Shown: positions 25,311-39,470 of the stretch, piece after piece
How the letters are laid out: every line of letters starts with the position of its first letter
How positions within the stretch are numbered: position 1 is the first letter of the stretch
Source: Podarcis liolepis
Lineage: Eukaryota
Assembly (NCBI GenBank): GCA_965112155.1
Contig: OZ218103.1
Reading direction: 5' to 3' (one strand)
Length of the DNA stretch: 64,000 nt
Notes under the pieces: generated by a model
Databases searched by the model: none
What the model was told of the DNA's origin: nothing
The model's input: the letters and a program-made list of their open reading frames with translations, nothing else
Position numbers and translations under genes: made by a program

Positions 25311-27112
25311 GAAAGAGAGAGAGCACAGAAAGATTAGAAGGAAACCTCAGGCTTGTATTCTCTGTCCCTTACTCTCTTTACCACAAGATGAAAACACTCA
25401 AATTGAGGGCTCCCTGCATTATTTGAATCTGTTATCTTCTCTGATCCAGGAAGTTTAAAACTCTCCTTAAAATATTGTTCATTGCCCCACGTCCCACCTT
25501 GTACTGTTTATGGGTTTGGGACAGCAATCATATTGTGACAAGGTGGGGGAGAGAGGGTGCAATGAGACATAGCCACTGCAAATTGCTTCAGGACTGAAAT
25601 GTGAAAATCTTAAGTGAAAGGCATAAACCTGGCCTAATCCATGGAGAATAATGGAACCAGATGGCTTCTGAAGCAGCCTTTCATACGGAGTTTGTTTGCA
25701 AGCCATACAAAGTGCATAATGTTAGGTATATTATACTGTTACCATATTATATTTCCATCATTATTTATTTTATATAACAATTTTTATTTTCATTAAAATA
25801 AAATAGAAATATTGATACAGATAATATCTGTCCAGAAAGAAGGTTACAACCATAAAATTCATGATACAACATTTAGGATTTCTTGGCAAATTCTTTCATT
25901 CCAGTACAAGAAGGATCTTCAACTGTCCATGACTGTAGGTTGTATAATTTCTCAAAGTCTTTTAACACAAGTAATTTTTTTTATCATCAGCAAGGTCTGC
26001 TGGGCACTTCAGAGCCCATTGTCCAAAGTCGGCAAGTTTGATTTCTTCAAACATTTTCCATAATTTTTGATGCTCTTTTATACACCAGCTGCTGAAATAC
26101 CAGTAAACTAGTTTCTATACCCCTTTCCCAGCTGCAAATACCACTGTGTGGTAACTTGAAAACTCTAAGTAAAGGCACTAATGGAGGCACTTATTTTCAT
26201 ATAGTATGGTGGTCATTTTGCGACCAAGATTAAACAGCAAAAGGGGCTTAACTAAACAAAATAAAACTAAGATCAGTAGCAAACGAAAGCAAAGAAAGGC
26301 TCCACTTTTTGGAAATATGAATACAGTACGAGAATGTGCTGTGTGGCCTTGCAGCCTGGGGTTCAGTGTCTGCACTGTGCATAGTAGCTGAGAGGAAAGG
26401 GGTTGTTCTGATGAAGATGCAACCAAGCGGGTTATTTTCACATTCTTCTTTTCAGGTAAAATAGTGGGGCAAGCTGCTCCACCACTACAACTCCCGCCCC
26501 TCCCCGCCACCAATCTCATGACAGGAGCTGCTCTGGCTGAATTGTTTGCAGATGTCGGTTTCAGACTAAATGCGCAGCCAGGCCCCCTGTGCACTGGGCA
26601 GGAGAGAAAGGAAGGCTTCAAGTTTCCCCCACTTGTTGCTGCTGCCCTGAAATTAACCCATGCTGCAGCTTTCTAAGTTCAGCTGCTACTGACCTTGTCT
26701 CTGAAGTAAAGTCGCTCAAGACATGTGGAAAAATGAGAAGAATGTCAGCGATGAATTCAGGCTATGTGTCTGCTCTGCAGCTTTCGCCAGCAGATTACGG
26801 TAATTACCATAACACCCTTATGGACAGTTTCATGGGCATTATCTTTGGTATAATGAAGTGCAGTCATGCAACATGCTTTCTGAATCTTCGAGGCCTGCAG
26901 GTTTAGGGTGGGGAAAATCTGTTGCGCTCAGGACTGTGAACCTCACCAATTTTGCCTCTGCTCAGTTATGTGACTCACAACTGGGATAAATTCTGGGGCC
27001 AGCATTTGAAACAGGAAGATGATAGCATTGTCGAAATATGCAATTTACTAGTCAGACTACAATCTAGCGCTATATACCCCCTTCACTTGTTACCCATTAT
27101 CTCCTACCGTAC

Positions 27113-27337
27113 CAGTAATCCTCAGTGCTTCCACCCCTGGTGTATATAGGGCCCTCCAGCTCTCTTGGTCCTGGGAAGACATTCTCGTGTTGTATGATTA
27201 TAGTTTTGATGAGCTCATTGACATGGGCTTGGCAGGAGACCTGATCGTGGCCTTCAGGCACTGACATCAGCGTGGGTCCGAAGCAGATGGCTAAATTGTA
27301 GGGGTCCATCATGTTGTCTTCACTGAACTGAGATAAA
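27113..27337 (-). CDS. SRGAP2: SRGAP2 exon 17 (LSQFSEDNMMDPYNLAICFGPTLM...GGSTEDYC), RhoGAP end
   Basis: 225 nt, overlaps ORF 27097..27312; gcag|T...TAC TG|gtacgg; phase 2-2. Confidence 0.96.
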
Positions 27338-28319
27338 CTGCAGAAGACAGGGAAGGAATGAGAGGAAGAGGGTGAATTAGGAGCAATGATACCTATGGTA
27401 CAGAGCGAATTGCTAAAATGAAGGGAGATTGGCTCTGTTTCCTCGGATTTTAAAACTTGATCTCATGTGACAAGAATGTCTTGAGGCTACTTAGGAAAAA
27501 ATGACCACCACCCTCAACAGTAATGGTATTTACCAAAAGAACTGCGAGTTTATCTGGCTGTACCGCCTTGGATCAAATTCAGTTTTGTTTGCATAGATGG
27601 TGCTTCTCTGATCATTTGCACTGAATGCATATTCAGAGCACTTCCCTGCTGACTAGCGCATTGATTTCTTTATTAAGCAGCCAGCCTCTTTTCCATTTTC
27701 TGAACATCCCTTCAATTAACACGTAGGGCATTTGTTAAAAGCGTGTGTGCATGTGTTGGGAAGAGTCATCATCATCTAGCTCCCTTTTAAGGAGGCTTAT
27801 TCTCCGTGCCGATTGAATGCTGTTGCCAGGGATTTATTTCTTGGCATGTCATTCAGTGCACCCTGCCTGGATAGCAGCTGCAGAAGCAACACCTCCTATC
27901 CAGCCAAGAAACAGATGAAAGTGTGACTGAGCCACGGTGCCGCATGGTTCACAGCACAAGGCTGGAAAGAACCTGGCAACCAGCACACCCCTCTGGCTTT
28001 TTCCATTTGCACCCTTCCTCACAGCCAACATTTATCTCTCTTTCAGCTGCCCAAGAACTGCTGAGAATGCTAAAATGCCATGCTAACATTCAAAATGGAA
28101 TGTCAGTCATGGGTATTTTGAGCATCTGTCAGTGTAACGCAGTGAAAATGTTTGAAGTTAAACAAGGCTCAGAGGGACAACTTTGCTTTGAAAGGTTGGG
28201 GGATCTCACGAACCCCACCTTACTGTGGCTGCCTGGGGTATTATGTTTGCCACTGCCAAGAGCATGTGATTCAAGTGCTGCTGTTTAACCCCTGTAACCC
28301 TCCAAAAGGCAAAAGAAAA

Positions 28320-28880
28320 TGCCCCTCTGCCCCACACTTACGTCATTTAAACAATTTATATGCCGCTTAGCTACAAGAGTCGTTTGCAAAGAATGCAACA
28401 ACACAGAAAATAAAAACCAGTTAAAATTAAACTTCAATTTAAATGACTGCTGGAACAACAAAATAGACAGGGCCTCCCTAACCTCATCTGCAAGGGAGTT
28501 CCATGAAACTGGCCCTACAATACTAAACAATATAGCTTCTGGTGGATATGAGCTGGGCATCTGAGCCATGACTCCACAATGATCAGGCAGGGACAAAAGA
28601 AATTAGGCAATTCTTGAGGTACCCTGGGCTCCGATTGTTAAAGGCCTTGTAAATTAATAAAAGAACTTTGGCCTGGTAGTGTATGAGCAACCAATGCAGA
28701 CTTCTGAGCACTGAAATTATGTGCTTGTGATAGTTTGTCCCCATTGACAATTTAGCTGCAGCATTTTTCACCAGCTAGAGCCTCTGGACTAGGCCCAAGA
28801 GTAACCTCACGTAGAGCACATAACAATAATCAAGTCTTGCCAATGCATTGATCACTGTAGCCAGACTACCCTTGTCCAAT
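28320..28880 (-). mobile_element. L2 LINE 3' fragment
   Basis: KNAAAKL...HIISVLRSLHWLLI...KVLLLIYKA and FSIVGPVSWNSL motifs. Confidence 0.75.
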
Positions 28881-29432
28881 GAAAGCTGTATGCAGTTCTC
28901 TTTCCACCAAGGCCCATCAAAACTCTTTTAGAAGCATTCATCTGAACATGTGAGGCTTAAAAAAAATGTGTAGAATGGTGTGGGTCACATATGCAAACTA
29001 AGATCCCCAAGAGCTTGGGCTTCTCCAAGACCTTTGTGTGTTTGGCTGAACATGCATAGGAACCTTGTCACAATAAGGAACCCTGCCTTATTACTCTCTT
29101 CACTGGGCAGAGGCTTCTAAGCATGATCAGCCAAACCCCACATGGACATCTGTGCTGAATGTACAAAGGTCGGAAAGGAATCCACATGCAGGGCTGGGGA
29201 CACAGGGTGGGGCTTGCAGGCATGACTACATCCTCTACACAATTTTAATTGTCACATGTTCAAGCAAATGCCCAAAGGAGGCTGGAGTCTCAGTTTCCTT
29301 TGCAAGCATTTAATTAAGTTTCTGGAAATAAGGTTTTAAGTGGGGGAAAGAGTTACAGAATAAAGCTTGATTTTTAACCAGATATGTTATCACATACTTC
29401 ACTCCTTCCAACATATCTTACTGATAAAAAAT

Positions 29433-29791
29433 GTAAAGGACCCCTGACAGTTAAGTCCAGTTTCAGATGACTCTGGGGTTGCGGCGCTCATCTCACTTTA
29501 CAGGCTGAGGGAGCTGGTGTTTGTCCGCAGACAGTTTTTCCGGGTCATGTGGCTAGCATGACTAAACCGCTTCTGGCGAAACCAGAGCAGCTCACGGAAA
29601 TACCGTTTACCTTCCCACTGGGGCGGTACCTATTTATCTACTTGCACTTTTTGATGTGCTTTCGAACTGCTAGATGGGCAGGAGCTGGGACCGAACAACG
29701 GGAGCTCACCCTGTCATGGGGATTCAAACCACCGACCTTCCGATCAGCAAGCCCAAGGCTCAGTGGTTTACACCACAGCGCCACCCGCATC
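29433..29791 (-). mobile_element. Sauria SINE, different subfamily
   Basis: Reverse complement of the same head and core with a diverged 3' part. Confidence 0.85.
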
Positions 29792-30927
29792 ATATTTAGG
29801 GCAAGCTAAATATGAACTCTGCTATAGGAACAAAATATGAATTCTGCTAGCTAGCAACATCCAGTGGCTGGCACCTGCTTTTTTAGCCCCTCATGTTCAT
29901 ACACGGGATTCTCAAAACCAAACTCCTTCCCTCCAATGTTGGTATTGTCCCCTGTTTAGACCCCCTCCAAAGCTATCTTTTGGCCAAATTAAAATGCAAA
30001 GTGGGAAGAGTGAGTGTCCTCTGTGGTAATGCAGTTTTCTAAACGGTCAGGTGTGTGATTAAATCTTAAAAGCAAATTGCATCAATTTGGGCATTTCAGG
30101 GCACCAAGTTAATGGTTAAGCACAAAACAGAGTTATTTGATGCCTGGACAATTCTTCTTGAAACAAACACAGTTTTCCAGTCCAGTTCTTTGAATAATGA
30201 GACACTATTAAGGGCGGAAGCAGCCATTCACTTCAGTGACTTAGAAGTGGCATCTGAGGGAAGGGAATCCCAAGGCATGGAAGAATTTCCTAACACTGCT
30301 GTGGAAAGTTCTGTTCCTGAGCTGCAGGAAGTGGGGTCTTTCCTATCTAACAGTATCTGGAGGGGTGGCAGGACAATGACACACTTTGTGGGGATATGGT
30401 TTTGAATTTTCCAGGCTGCAATCAAGACCTCATTGTTTTCCAGAGCAATACTACAGGAAATCTCAAGACAGGCCTTATTTCATCCGAACAAAAATTCTCC
30501 AGTACCCTGAAACGATGGCTGTCCCTAAAAGGTAGCTCTTTTAGCAAGATTTCCCCTTAGAATCAGGGAACATCAATATTGGTCGTGGAGATTTTTGCCA
30601 ACAGAATGCTACCTGAACAAGAAAAAAAGCCCACAGGTTGGCAGTAAAAATACAAGTGATATTCAGAGATGAGCTCAGGCACAGGCTCCAACTAAAAAGA
30701 AATGAATGCTTTACACTTAAGTGATCAGGAACTCAGTTCTGTGCATAATTTGAATGACTGGGAGAGGCTCTTTCTTGCAGGTCTCATGGAAGTCTTCACA
30801 CGAAGGGTGGAGAGTCATCTCTTGAGGCTTCTGGACTCCTTGAACCAAGCAAGGCCCACCAACGCTATGATTCTTACTTGGCAAACCAACACTACAGACC
30901 TATCGGTTGTGCTTGAGGAATACTTAC

Positions 30928-31033
30928 TGATTGAGGAATGCAAAGAGGTATCTCATTACAATCAAAGTGGTTTTAGGCAAAGTCAGAAGGACTTTCCGGA
31001 TGTGTAGAGCTCTCTCCTGCAGATTGTCCATTG
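30928..31033 (-). CDS. SRGAP2: SRGAP2 exon 16 (TMDNLQERALHIRKVLLTLPKTTLIVMRYLFAFLNH)
   Basis: 106 nt, ctag|CA...AAT CA|gtaag; phase 1-2. Confidence 0.96.
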
Positions 31034-33111
31034 CTAGGAGGAAGGAGAAAAAAGAGCAGCAGCTGCTGTTTAATCACACAATAAGTGGCATTGCATTATC
31101 TATGGAAACTTTACATTGCTACTTTTGAGTACTGTTTCATATTTATATGGGTGCAGGGAAAATCCAATCCAAAGTCTATTTTATCAAATGGAAGTGAGAA
31201 CTTACTGCCACCTGCAGCCCCTCAAGATGACAGATGAAGTAAAACAGAAATGTGACTTCAGTGTCATTTGTGAACTGACCCTTAATTGGGGGAGGGATGG
31301 GGGGAAAGGGCAACAAAAGCAACTTGGAAGGAAAGGGTCTGAGCAGTTCTTGAAAACATTTATGAAGCCCTGCACAGAAGATGACAGAGGCATGATTTCC
31401 TATCTGTTATGAAAAAGGTCCTTCAAAGCAGAAGATGAGAAATTTATCTTCAAGGTCCATGCAGCGTGGGTAAATTGAGTGTTGTATGTTGCACAAGCCA
31501 CAACACAATAGCCCATTAAAGTTAGCTCTGTAAGGTGGGTGTCTTAAGCAAAACCTTTGGCACAGTATTCCACAGATAGATTAACATAACTGGAGGGTGA
31601 GGTAAAGAGCTCTGTCTGCAGCAGTCTAATGGGAAAAAAGTGGGCAGCATATATCCTTGGCTCTGGAAGTCCAGAATTATTTGGCAACAGACTGCTCTTT
31701 TCATCTAACAGGAGTAAAACTGTGTAGACTAATTTGCAGGGAGAATGAAACCACAGATCCTTTTAAAAAGAGCTCTCCTACATGCTACTTCAAAGGCTGC
31801 TTCCATCACTGACATTCTTACACTCGGACAATGGATTCATTGTTTGCTCTCTGAATGAGTCAGGGGGAGTTCATTGCAAAGTTGAAGTCACAAGAACATT
31901 TAAAAGCACCCTTGAAATCATAAAGTTGTATGTTAACAGCTTAACCAGTTGAAAGTCATTTTCTATGTTCTGTACAGAAACACCATAAGGAATTGACTCT
32001 TATGGTTACGGAAGGTACCCGGCCAAAAAAAGACACAGCTGCTGGGTTTCTAAATATACATACAGCCCAAGACACATTGCAACTACTGTATCTTCAAACA
32101 GTATAGACAGCAAGTTCTCTCCCCCCCTTTCTTTTCTTTCTTTTTTTAAGGGTGAGTCAACTAGGAGACTTCCTGTACTGCTTGTTGGTCAGTTTCTCTT
32201 TAACATAGTATTTCCCTGATGTTTCATTACTAGTTCTAATCTGTTAATTGCTATAGAATTCTGGGCTGAAAGGCAATATAGAAAACATTTTAAATGAATT
32301 AATACAATAAGCAGATACACATATTGATGACTTAACTGTCAACAGGCCATGGCTAATGAGAAGCAAACAGAAAGAGGTCCTCTTTCTAACTCTTGTTCTG
32401 CGTTTAATGTTGCCACCTCAGCAACAAACTGGGGCATCAAATTATAGTAGGTTCTAATACAACCTTGTACAATTCCGGTTTCTTGCTCATTTTCCTTGAG
32501 ATACCATCAAAGTATCAGGGAATGTTCTGAGAAGCCAGCAGCATGGTTTTAGAGAGATAGCTGAAGTCTTACAAGTGCTGGGGGTGGGGTGTAAAGAGGG
32601 GAGATTGTGTAGACACAGAGGATGGATAATGAGCAAGTTCCCACAGATATATAAAAAAGGCTGAACTATATAAGATGTTATCATTAACTGACTTTTATGG
32701 GGGCGGAGGGCACAGAGAGAAAAATGTCAGAAGGTGCAAGAATCTTTATTATATGTATTATAGAAAATGGTTTATCCTATGTGCTTTGTGCCAGATATAT
32801 TAAGAATTCTGTCTGAAGAAGAGCACGTTCAATTTTTGTTGGAGTTAGATTTTGCATCGGTGAATGGCATTAACATTTTGATTATTGTTTTCATGCATTA
32901 AAATTGTCATTTTAACATATCTCCTGAAGAAAAACATTTCCGCTTCAATGCACATTAGAATATGTGTTACCTTCTACGTTATATTAAATATTTTTACACC
33001 TTTGTGGTTTGCTACTCATTCTGTCACTCGACAGGGGCAGCTATCTCCTTGTGTTGTGTTTCTTTGCATGCCTTATCTTCAACTGACTCATTTCATCCTT
33101 GTGCTACTTAC

Positions 33112-33246
33112 TGACACAGGCAATCAGGTCATGAAAGATTTCCTTGGGGAAGAGGGGATGCTCTAGCCCACGAAAGTAGAGCTTTAGTACACCTGCTATT
33201 GAGTCCATATCATGGTCATTTTGATCTCCAGCCAGTGGATCCTCCC
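33112..33246 (-). CDS. SRGAP2: SRGAP2 exon 15 (GEDPLAGDQNDHDMDSIAGVLKLYFRGLEHPLFPKEIFHDLIACV)
   Basis: 135 nt, ccag|GG...GTC A|gtaag; phase 1-1. Confidence 0.96.
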
Positions 33247-33549
33247 CTGGTTACCACAAAACAAGAATGGCAAGAGAACAAACAGAGAAGGCGCATATTA
33301 ACAAAACAAAATAAGGAGTAATCTATCAGAAGCTTGAACCTCACAGAAGGAGAAATAACAGGCAGGAGCCCAAGTGGCTCATAATATGTAACCTATAATG
33401 ATTTCAAACACCCCTCCCCTTCCCCCCCAAATAGGTATCCAACAAAAGATTCTATGTAAGTATATTGAGTAAGCAACACCTCTCAGCAGCCCCGACTCCT
33501 ATCCAAAGACAGTCAACAAAAGGTTAACATATGTACATGGGGCAACATG

Positions 33550-33677
33550 AGACAGCATGGTGCAGATAACACCAAGGTTTGATCCCTGTATGCAATAGCT
33601 GCATATTCCTGCTTTGTAGGGGGTTGGACTAGATGATCCTCAGGGTCCCTTCCAACTCTACAGTGCTATGATTCTAA
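33550..33677 (+). mobile_element. Short SINE with CR1-derived tail
   Basis: tRNA-like head followed by gggttggactagatgatcctcagggtcccttccaactc...tatgattcta. Confidence 0.6.
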
Positions 33678-34901
33678 GTTGCATCACGTAGGCCCTTCCA
33701 TCTTCCAGAAGAGTTGAGTTGCTGTGCTTCCAGTAGAGTCTTACATGCAACTGATGGAAAGCTTGATTACCAGCCTGCTCAGCTTCAAAGGCAGGTGGTG
33801 CTAGACTAGCAAAGCTAATGAAGTGCATGAGCACACAGGTCTCCGGTGTGACTCTTAATCTACTGGAGTTTATAGGTTTGGTTTTGGCAAAAGACAAAGG
33901 AAAGATTTGCTCCAAAGGAGAAAGTCCCAGAGGAGAACTTGCTGTTGGACATAATCAGATTTGATGATGGGGCAAGTCTTCTCTCTTCCTCTCACAGAGA
34001 GAAATAGTCAAGGCACAGCTATTATCTTAACACCACAGAGTATAATAAATAGGCAACTATGAATTAGAGCATTATCCCCAATATTAACTGTCACCAAGGG
34101 CTCTTGATGAAGTAATAAACTCACATACATTAAGGTTAACTTCATTAGTTTAGTAGCTCATTGGATTTGAGGCCATGAGAGATGAAATGGGAAAAAATCA
34201 ATGTTATGTATGCAAAGATACTAAAACAGTTATCTGTTTTCTCTAAGCAGCCTTCCATAAATGCTCCACAAAGTGTGACCTTTTGCATCTGACATCCGCC
34301 CACCACAAAGCAGATTTCCACGAACCCTTCTAGATCATCTCTTATTCTTAGGCAAAGGATAAATCCACAGCAATCTCCATAACCTCACGACTGATAAAAG
34401 TTACACACATACACACTGTTAGCCAGAGGCCCTTTGACATGGATTGGACATGCTGCTCTGCTTTTACTAGGCAGATAATTTGAATGTAAAATATTGTGTG
34501 ATATTAAGACCAGCCTTTCAAGCTAACTGGAGAATACAGGTGCCATGTTTTGGAAAGAAGAGAGCAGTGACTTGAAAGCAGCACTCTGTTTCAGTGACAA
34601 TGGGCTTGAGTTATAGTATATATGATTCTAAGGTAACTAAGGGCAGTGAAGTGCCCTTTTTCTGCCTCCCCCTGCAGCCACATGTGCCCTCCCAAACTCT
34701 TCAGCGTGTTGGGGGTCTACTTAAACAATTTGAGATGCAGTGTGTGGGAGCCACTGGAGGAAGTGGGAATTGCCTAAGATTGGGCAGACCTTTGAAGTCT
34801 TCATTTATGACTTCAGTCTCAACTCGCTTAAACTAATAACCCAGAAGCATGAAGACACATTGCAGAGAATTGTGCAATACCAAAAAACCAACTACTCTTA
34901 C

Positions 34902-34979
34902 CTCTCTCAAATGCATTTTTTATATCATTCACCTCAACCTGAGATCCTGACACCCTGAATATCCCTTCATGCTGCAGCC
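34902..34979 (-). CDS. SRGAP2: SRGAP2 exon 14 (GLQHEGIFRVSGSQVEVNDIKNAFER), contains the RhoGAP arginine finger
   Basis: 78 nt, gcag|GG...AGA G|gtaag; GIFRVSG motif intact; phase 1-1. Confidence 0.96.
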
Positions 34980-37948
34980 CTGCAAAGAAAATAAGAGAAA
35001 TCCATGAAAACAGAAATACATAAGCAAGTGATACACTTACAACATTCTTACAATCCTTCCTTCAGTCACTGAAATTCAGTTATCTGTCAGATTCAAAAAC
35101 ATGATGATATAAGAACACGCTAATCCAAATCGAGATGACATATCATTACCCGACCGTTAATCCAACTTGTTCGACAGCTAAAATTAATTAAAAGTGGCAC
35201 ACCAGCACTGGTGTAATTAAATCCACAGCAGTAAGTTGGCACAATTCATACGTTGTTAAAAAGTATTCGTCTATTTTTTAAAAATTCACTTTGGCATTCA
35301 GGAAGCCAATAAGAATGATTTTAATGTCTTCTAAAAGACACACAGCACTGAGGAAGCATCCATGGTCCACAGTTCCTAGAACAGCGGGGCTCTTAGGGTA
35401 GCAATTCTGGAATGAGAAAGATTCTAGAGAGAGAAAGGAAGGGGGCGAGGAATGACATCAAGGCTTGCTAAACTTATCTTGGCCTGAAAGAGAAACAGAT
35501 GGCGCACACTTGCACACAGATTGTGCTCTATTAGAGGCAATTCCAAGGAACTACTTTCATAGCATCCAGGACGACAAATAACATGTTTGACTCTTATAGA
35601 TGGTGGTGCTTTCATGGGACATTCCCCGCTCCCAGAAGTTTGAAGTAATCACTGTACTTTAGAGTGTACTAAGGCATTTACTTTATCATTTTCAAGCATA
35701 TGAGAGGCGATTCTGTGAAAGATTAGGCCTGGGGAGAAAGGGAGCGAGTGATCATGCGTATGTCTTTCCCGAGTGTGTTCTGCTTGCGCACCATCACTTG
35801 GCTGCAATGGGATGGAGCTTTGCCAACAGATTCTAAATAAGCAAGCCCCAAAAGAGCACCAGCCCCAGACCTACTCTGCCCCCTTAGGGCCTTTCTCCAA
35901 CTTGGCATTGACTTCTTCCTTCCTGTCAGGAATCCACCTCCTGCCTGCTTGGAGGAGTCAAATGATGCTGGAGGCAAAAGCCTGCAGCTTTTCTCTGATG
36001 CTTCAAAAGGGTGAGCTGGGAGGAGGATCACTTGCAATCTTGTCCAGTGCCGGCGATGCTCCTCCAATGATGACTGAGTGTTCCTGAGACCAGCAGAAAT
36101 CACAGAAGAGAGAACACTGGGTGGTTTGTTTGGGTTTTCTTCATTGCTGCCAACACCACCACAGCCAGACTGTTATAAAAGACAATGGAACATTGGCGTA
36201 ACAAAGGAAACTGGGCGGTTGACTTTCTTCTGCTTTGGTGCAGCTGTTGCTGCTGCCAAGAAAATCAGCAGAAGGCTGGTGGGCTTTACAGAAGGCTTTA
36301 CAGACCAGTTACCTGCCCCTGCTCTAATTCTGCATTTACTGGACAACCAGCATCTGAACGATTGTGTAATGTGTCTTCTAAATTTATAATAATTAAGCAA
36401 TTGTTCAAGAAGTGCTATATACTAACACTACCTTCATTGAAAGAGGATTTTTGGTAACATCAATAAATTTTCAAAATGCAAGATGAATTAGATGGCTGTT
36501 TTTTCAAATGGGGTTGACTCAGACTAGAAAATCAAATTAAGATAAGATTTTGTTGAATCAGCGGCTTGCTTCGGACATCACTCTAAGCCAAACCATGGCT
36601 TAGCTGCAAATGTGCAGGTTCCGGGAGAGGAGATTGTGACTGCTGTGCTCCTCTCTGGCAATTCTGCTGCTGTGTTGTGCTAAGCCAAGGTTTGACTTAG
36701 CACATTGTCCGAACCTGGGGTCATGGTTTAGCTCTCCCAGACAACCCATTAGCTGTAAATCATAGCACAAACCTTGGTAGGAATGTGGTGCTGAATCAGA
36801 ATCCTGTGTCTTTCCATGCAGAGCCTTAAAAAACAAAAGGCTAAGCATAGAGAAACAACAGTGCCAAGTCAATTAAGATGACCGATTTTCTAGACAAAGG
36901 TCACACTTCAGGTCATTTAATTAAGATCAATTGTCAAGGCAGAAATTCTAGGGGAATCTATCAAATGGTTTATAGAAAATACGTTGCTACATAGTATGAA
37001 AAAAAAGCAAATCATAGTGATGGTGGTCCTAAGGTGTTAGGGTAAGGAGCTCTCTACTAGGAAGGATAATCCCTCATCACATATCAAGTGCAGATGCTTG
37101 TTTGATTCTTCATAATATTTTAGTACCAAAAACAAGAAGGGGATGATAACAGCAGCAGAGGAAATTCATATTATCTCCAATGTAGACGAATCTTGCTTTT
37201 ATTTAAAGATTACTTAAACCAATGCTAAAAGGAAACAACAAAGGAAATCAGTAGTGAATCCCATAACTGTATAGGAATAATTTTACTGCCCAGGTGTAAT
37301 CACTAGAGAAATGTTTCTATTCTTTCATATGTCCATCCCTAGGCCAGATAAGCCTCCAGGGAAAATCCCCTTGAGGAAGTAGAAAAGAGAGACTAGAGAA
37401 AACTAATAAGAAGAGCTTAAGATAGCTAGATAGGCTCACCTGGAACACAGCTGGCGGGATAACTAAAATGGTACTTAATTTTAATGTTGGATAGTATAAT
37501 TACAAATATTGTTATCCAGGGAACAGGCTTATGTGAAAGGAGAATTTTCATCACTATAAATGGAGAATTATTACTGTTATAAATCCGATTAAACCTTTTC
37601 AATACTCAGATCCATACTGAATGAGGGAGAATCTTGGGTGGAAAATCTGGAGGTGACAGCTAATACCATACCTAATGTTACTTTTTCACAGGAGACAACC
37701 ACCTATGTTCTACAAACAGCTTATGAAGTTGAAGTTTTGGGCATGGTGGGCAAGGATGGGCCAGAAGCTGTTCAGAATTGTTGCTTTAAGACCTTCAACA
37801 TTATACAGCAGTGTAGCCAATGTGATGCCTTGATGTCTTCCAGATGTTGCTGGACTCCAACTCCCATCAGCCCCAGCCAGCATGGGCCAAATTGACAGGA
37901 CTTTTAGTCCCAACACCATCTGGTGGATGCCACTTTGGCCATTTATAC

Positions 37949-37985
37949 ACCCTCCTCCTCCTCCTCCTCCTCCTCCTCCTCCTTC
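37949..37985. repeat. (CCT)n microsatellite
   Basis: Direct reading. Confidence 0.95.
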
Positions 37986-38730
37986 TTTGGTGATCACTCG
38001 TAGCCAAGTAAGATTGTCTTCCACAAACAAGGTTTTAACAATGAGTCCATAATCTCACCCAACTCTTGCATTAAAATCACCCAGGAGGCTAATTTTATCT
38101 TCCTTAGGCATCTCTGATAGGACGGTATCCATGAGAGTAACATTCTTCTTTAATGTCTTCATCGGCATCCAGTGTTGGTGCATAAGCGCTTATAATAGTA
38201 GCCTGTTGGTTTTTGGTGAGCTTTATTCGAAGGGTTGAGAGTCGCTCATTAATGCCGGTAGGGACTTCTGACAGGAGCTTCACAAGGTTGTTTTTGATAG
38301 CAAAGCCTACCCCATGTATTCAATGTTCTTGTTCAGACAGACCTTTCCAGAAGAATGTGTAGCCTCCTTTTTCTTCCTTCAGTTGTCCCTCACCTGCTCT
38401 TCGAGTCTCTTGAAGCGCTGCAATATTGATGTTAAAACATCACAGCTCTCTTGCAATGATAGCAGTTCTGCGTTCAAGACGATCGCTGTCTGTGTTATCT
38501 AACAATGGCAATATTCCATGTTCCAAAGTTCAATTGTCTTTTACGACTGCTATGTGGTGACCCCACTGGGCACGGTAATCCAGTCAGGGGAAAAGGGAGG
38601 CAGACTATGTTTAGGGCACCTTTTCTAGCCCCTCCCCCTTTTCAGGGTGAGCAGAGTGGATCCTAAAAAGGGCTGCTCAGTCATGGATACAGCTGCTGAG
38701 CTGCTCAACTGCCTCATTCCTTGAGTCAGA
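37986..38730 (-). mobile_element. RTE-clade LINE 5' UTR and endonuclease fragment, degenerate
   Basis: Minus-strand ATIISAYAPTLDADEDIKEE and LLGDFNARV apurinic-endonuclease motifs, with frameshifts. Confidence 0.75.
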
Positions 38731-39224
38731 ACGTCTGAATCTGTGGCCTGGGACTATTGGGAAAGAAGGAGTTGGCAACAGCAACCAGAATGGAACTTAT
38801 ACACCCACAACCATGATGAAAACCAAGAACAGTTTTATACTATAAAGATCTAAGCCCATCGTACCTTGCTATCATATTGGCTGATGTTGCATAGAGGAAG
38901 CAGGGTTACAAAAGACCTGCCACTAGAGCAACTTGCAAAAAAAAGGACCCAGAATAACTGGGCCAAGAAATCTGAAACTTATTTAAAATTCTGAAACAGA
39001 TGTTAAATGTAATGTTTATTTTAAATTATAAGTTAGTTCCAGATGAACTGAAAGATTTAACTGTTAATGTGGACAGGAAGCTGGTCCCAAATTTGATAAT
39101 ATCAGGATGTTCAATTGGATATGGAATATATTTTTACCTTGCCATCCGCAGAAGTGGTACAACTTCTTAAAAATATGCCCAGACATCCTATTTAACCACC
39201 TCTCCCAAATGAAGGCTTCTAGAC

Positions 39225-39470
39225 TATACCCCGGGAACCTCGCCTGGCACTGTCGTTGGGTACCTTTAGGAGCCAGGCAAAAACATTCCTGTTCTCCCAG
39301 GCCTTTGGGCAATTAAACAATCTGTAGCCTTTTAAACTGTGTGTGTTGGGGTGGCGGGGGGGGGTACTGTTTGTTACTAAGGTATGTATTTTTTGTGTTT
39401 TTATATTGTAAACTGCCCTGTGGTTCTCAGATAAAGGGCAGTATAGAAATGTAGGTAGTAAATAAGTAAA
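39225..39470 (+). mobile_element. L2 LINE 3' end, short
   Basis: cctttaggagccaggcaaaaacattcctgtt ... gtaaactgccctgtg ... gggcagtatagaaat. Confidence 0.6.

Noticed and set aside
26178-26906. Overlapping ORFs up to 147 aa after exon 17
   Set aside because: No domain, non-ATG or weak starts, other frames closed; more likely non-coding
35723-36457. Cluster of 75-126 aa ORFs in intron 13
   Set aside because: No homology recognised and no consistent splice sites or coding strand
36580-36800. Imperfect hairpins (aagccaaaccatggcttag...), also ~47340-47420 and ~53690-53960, as possible miRNA precursors
   Set aside because: Resemble common degenerate palindromic squamate repeats; no recognisable mature miRNA
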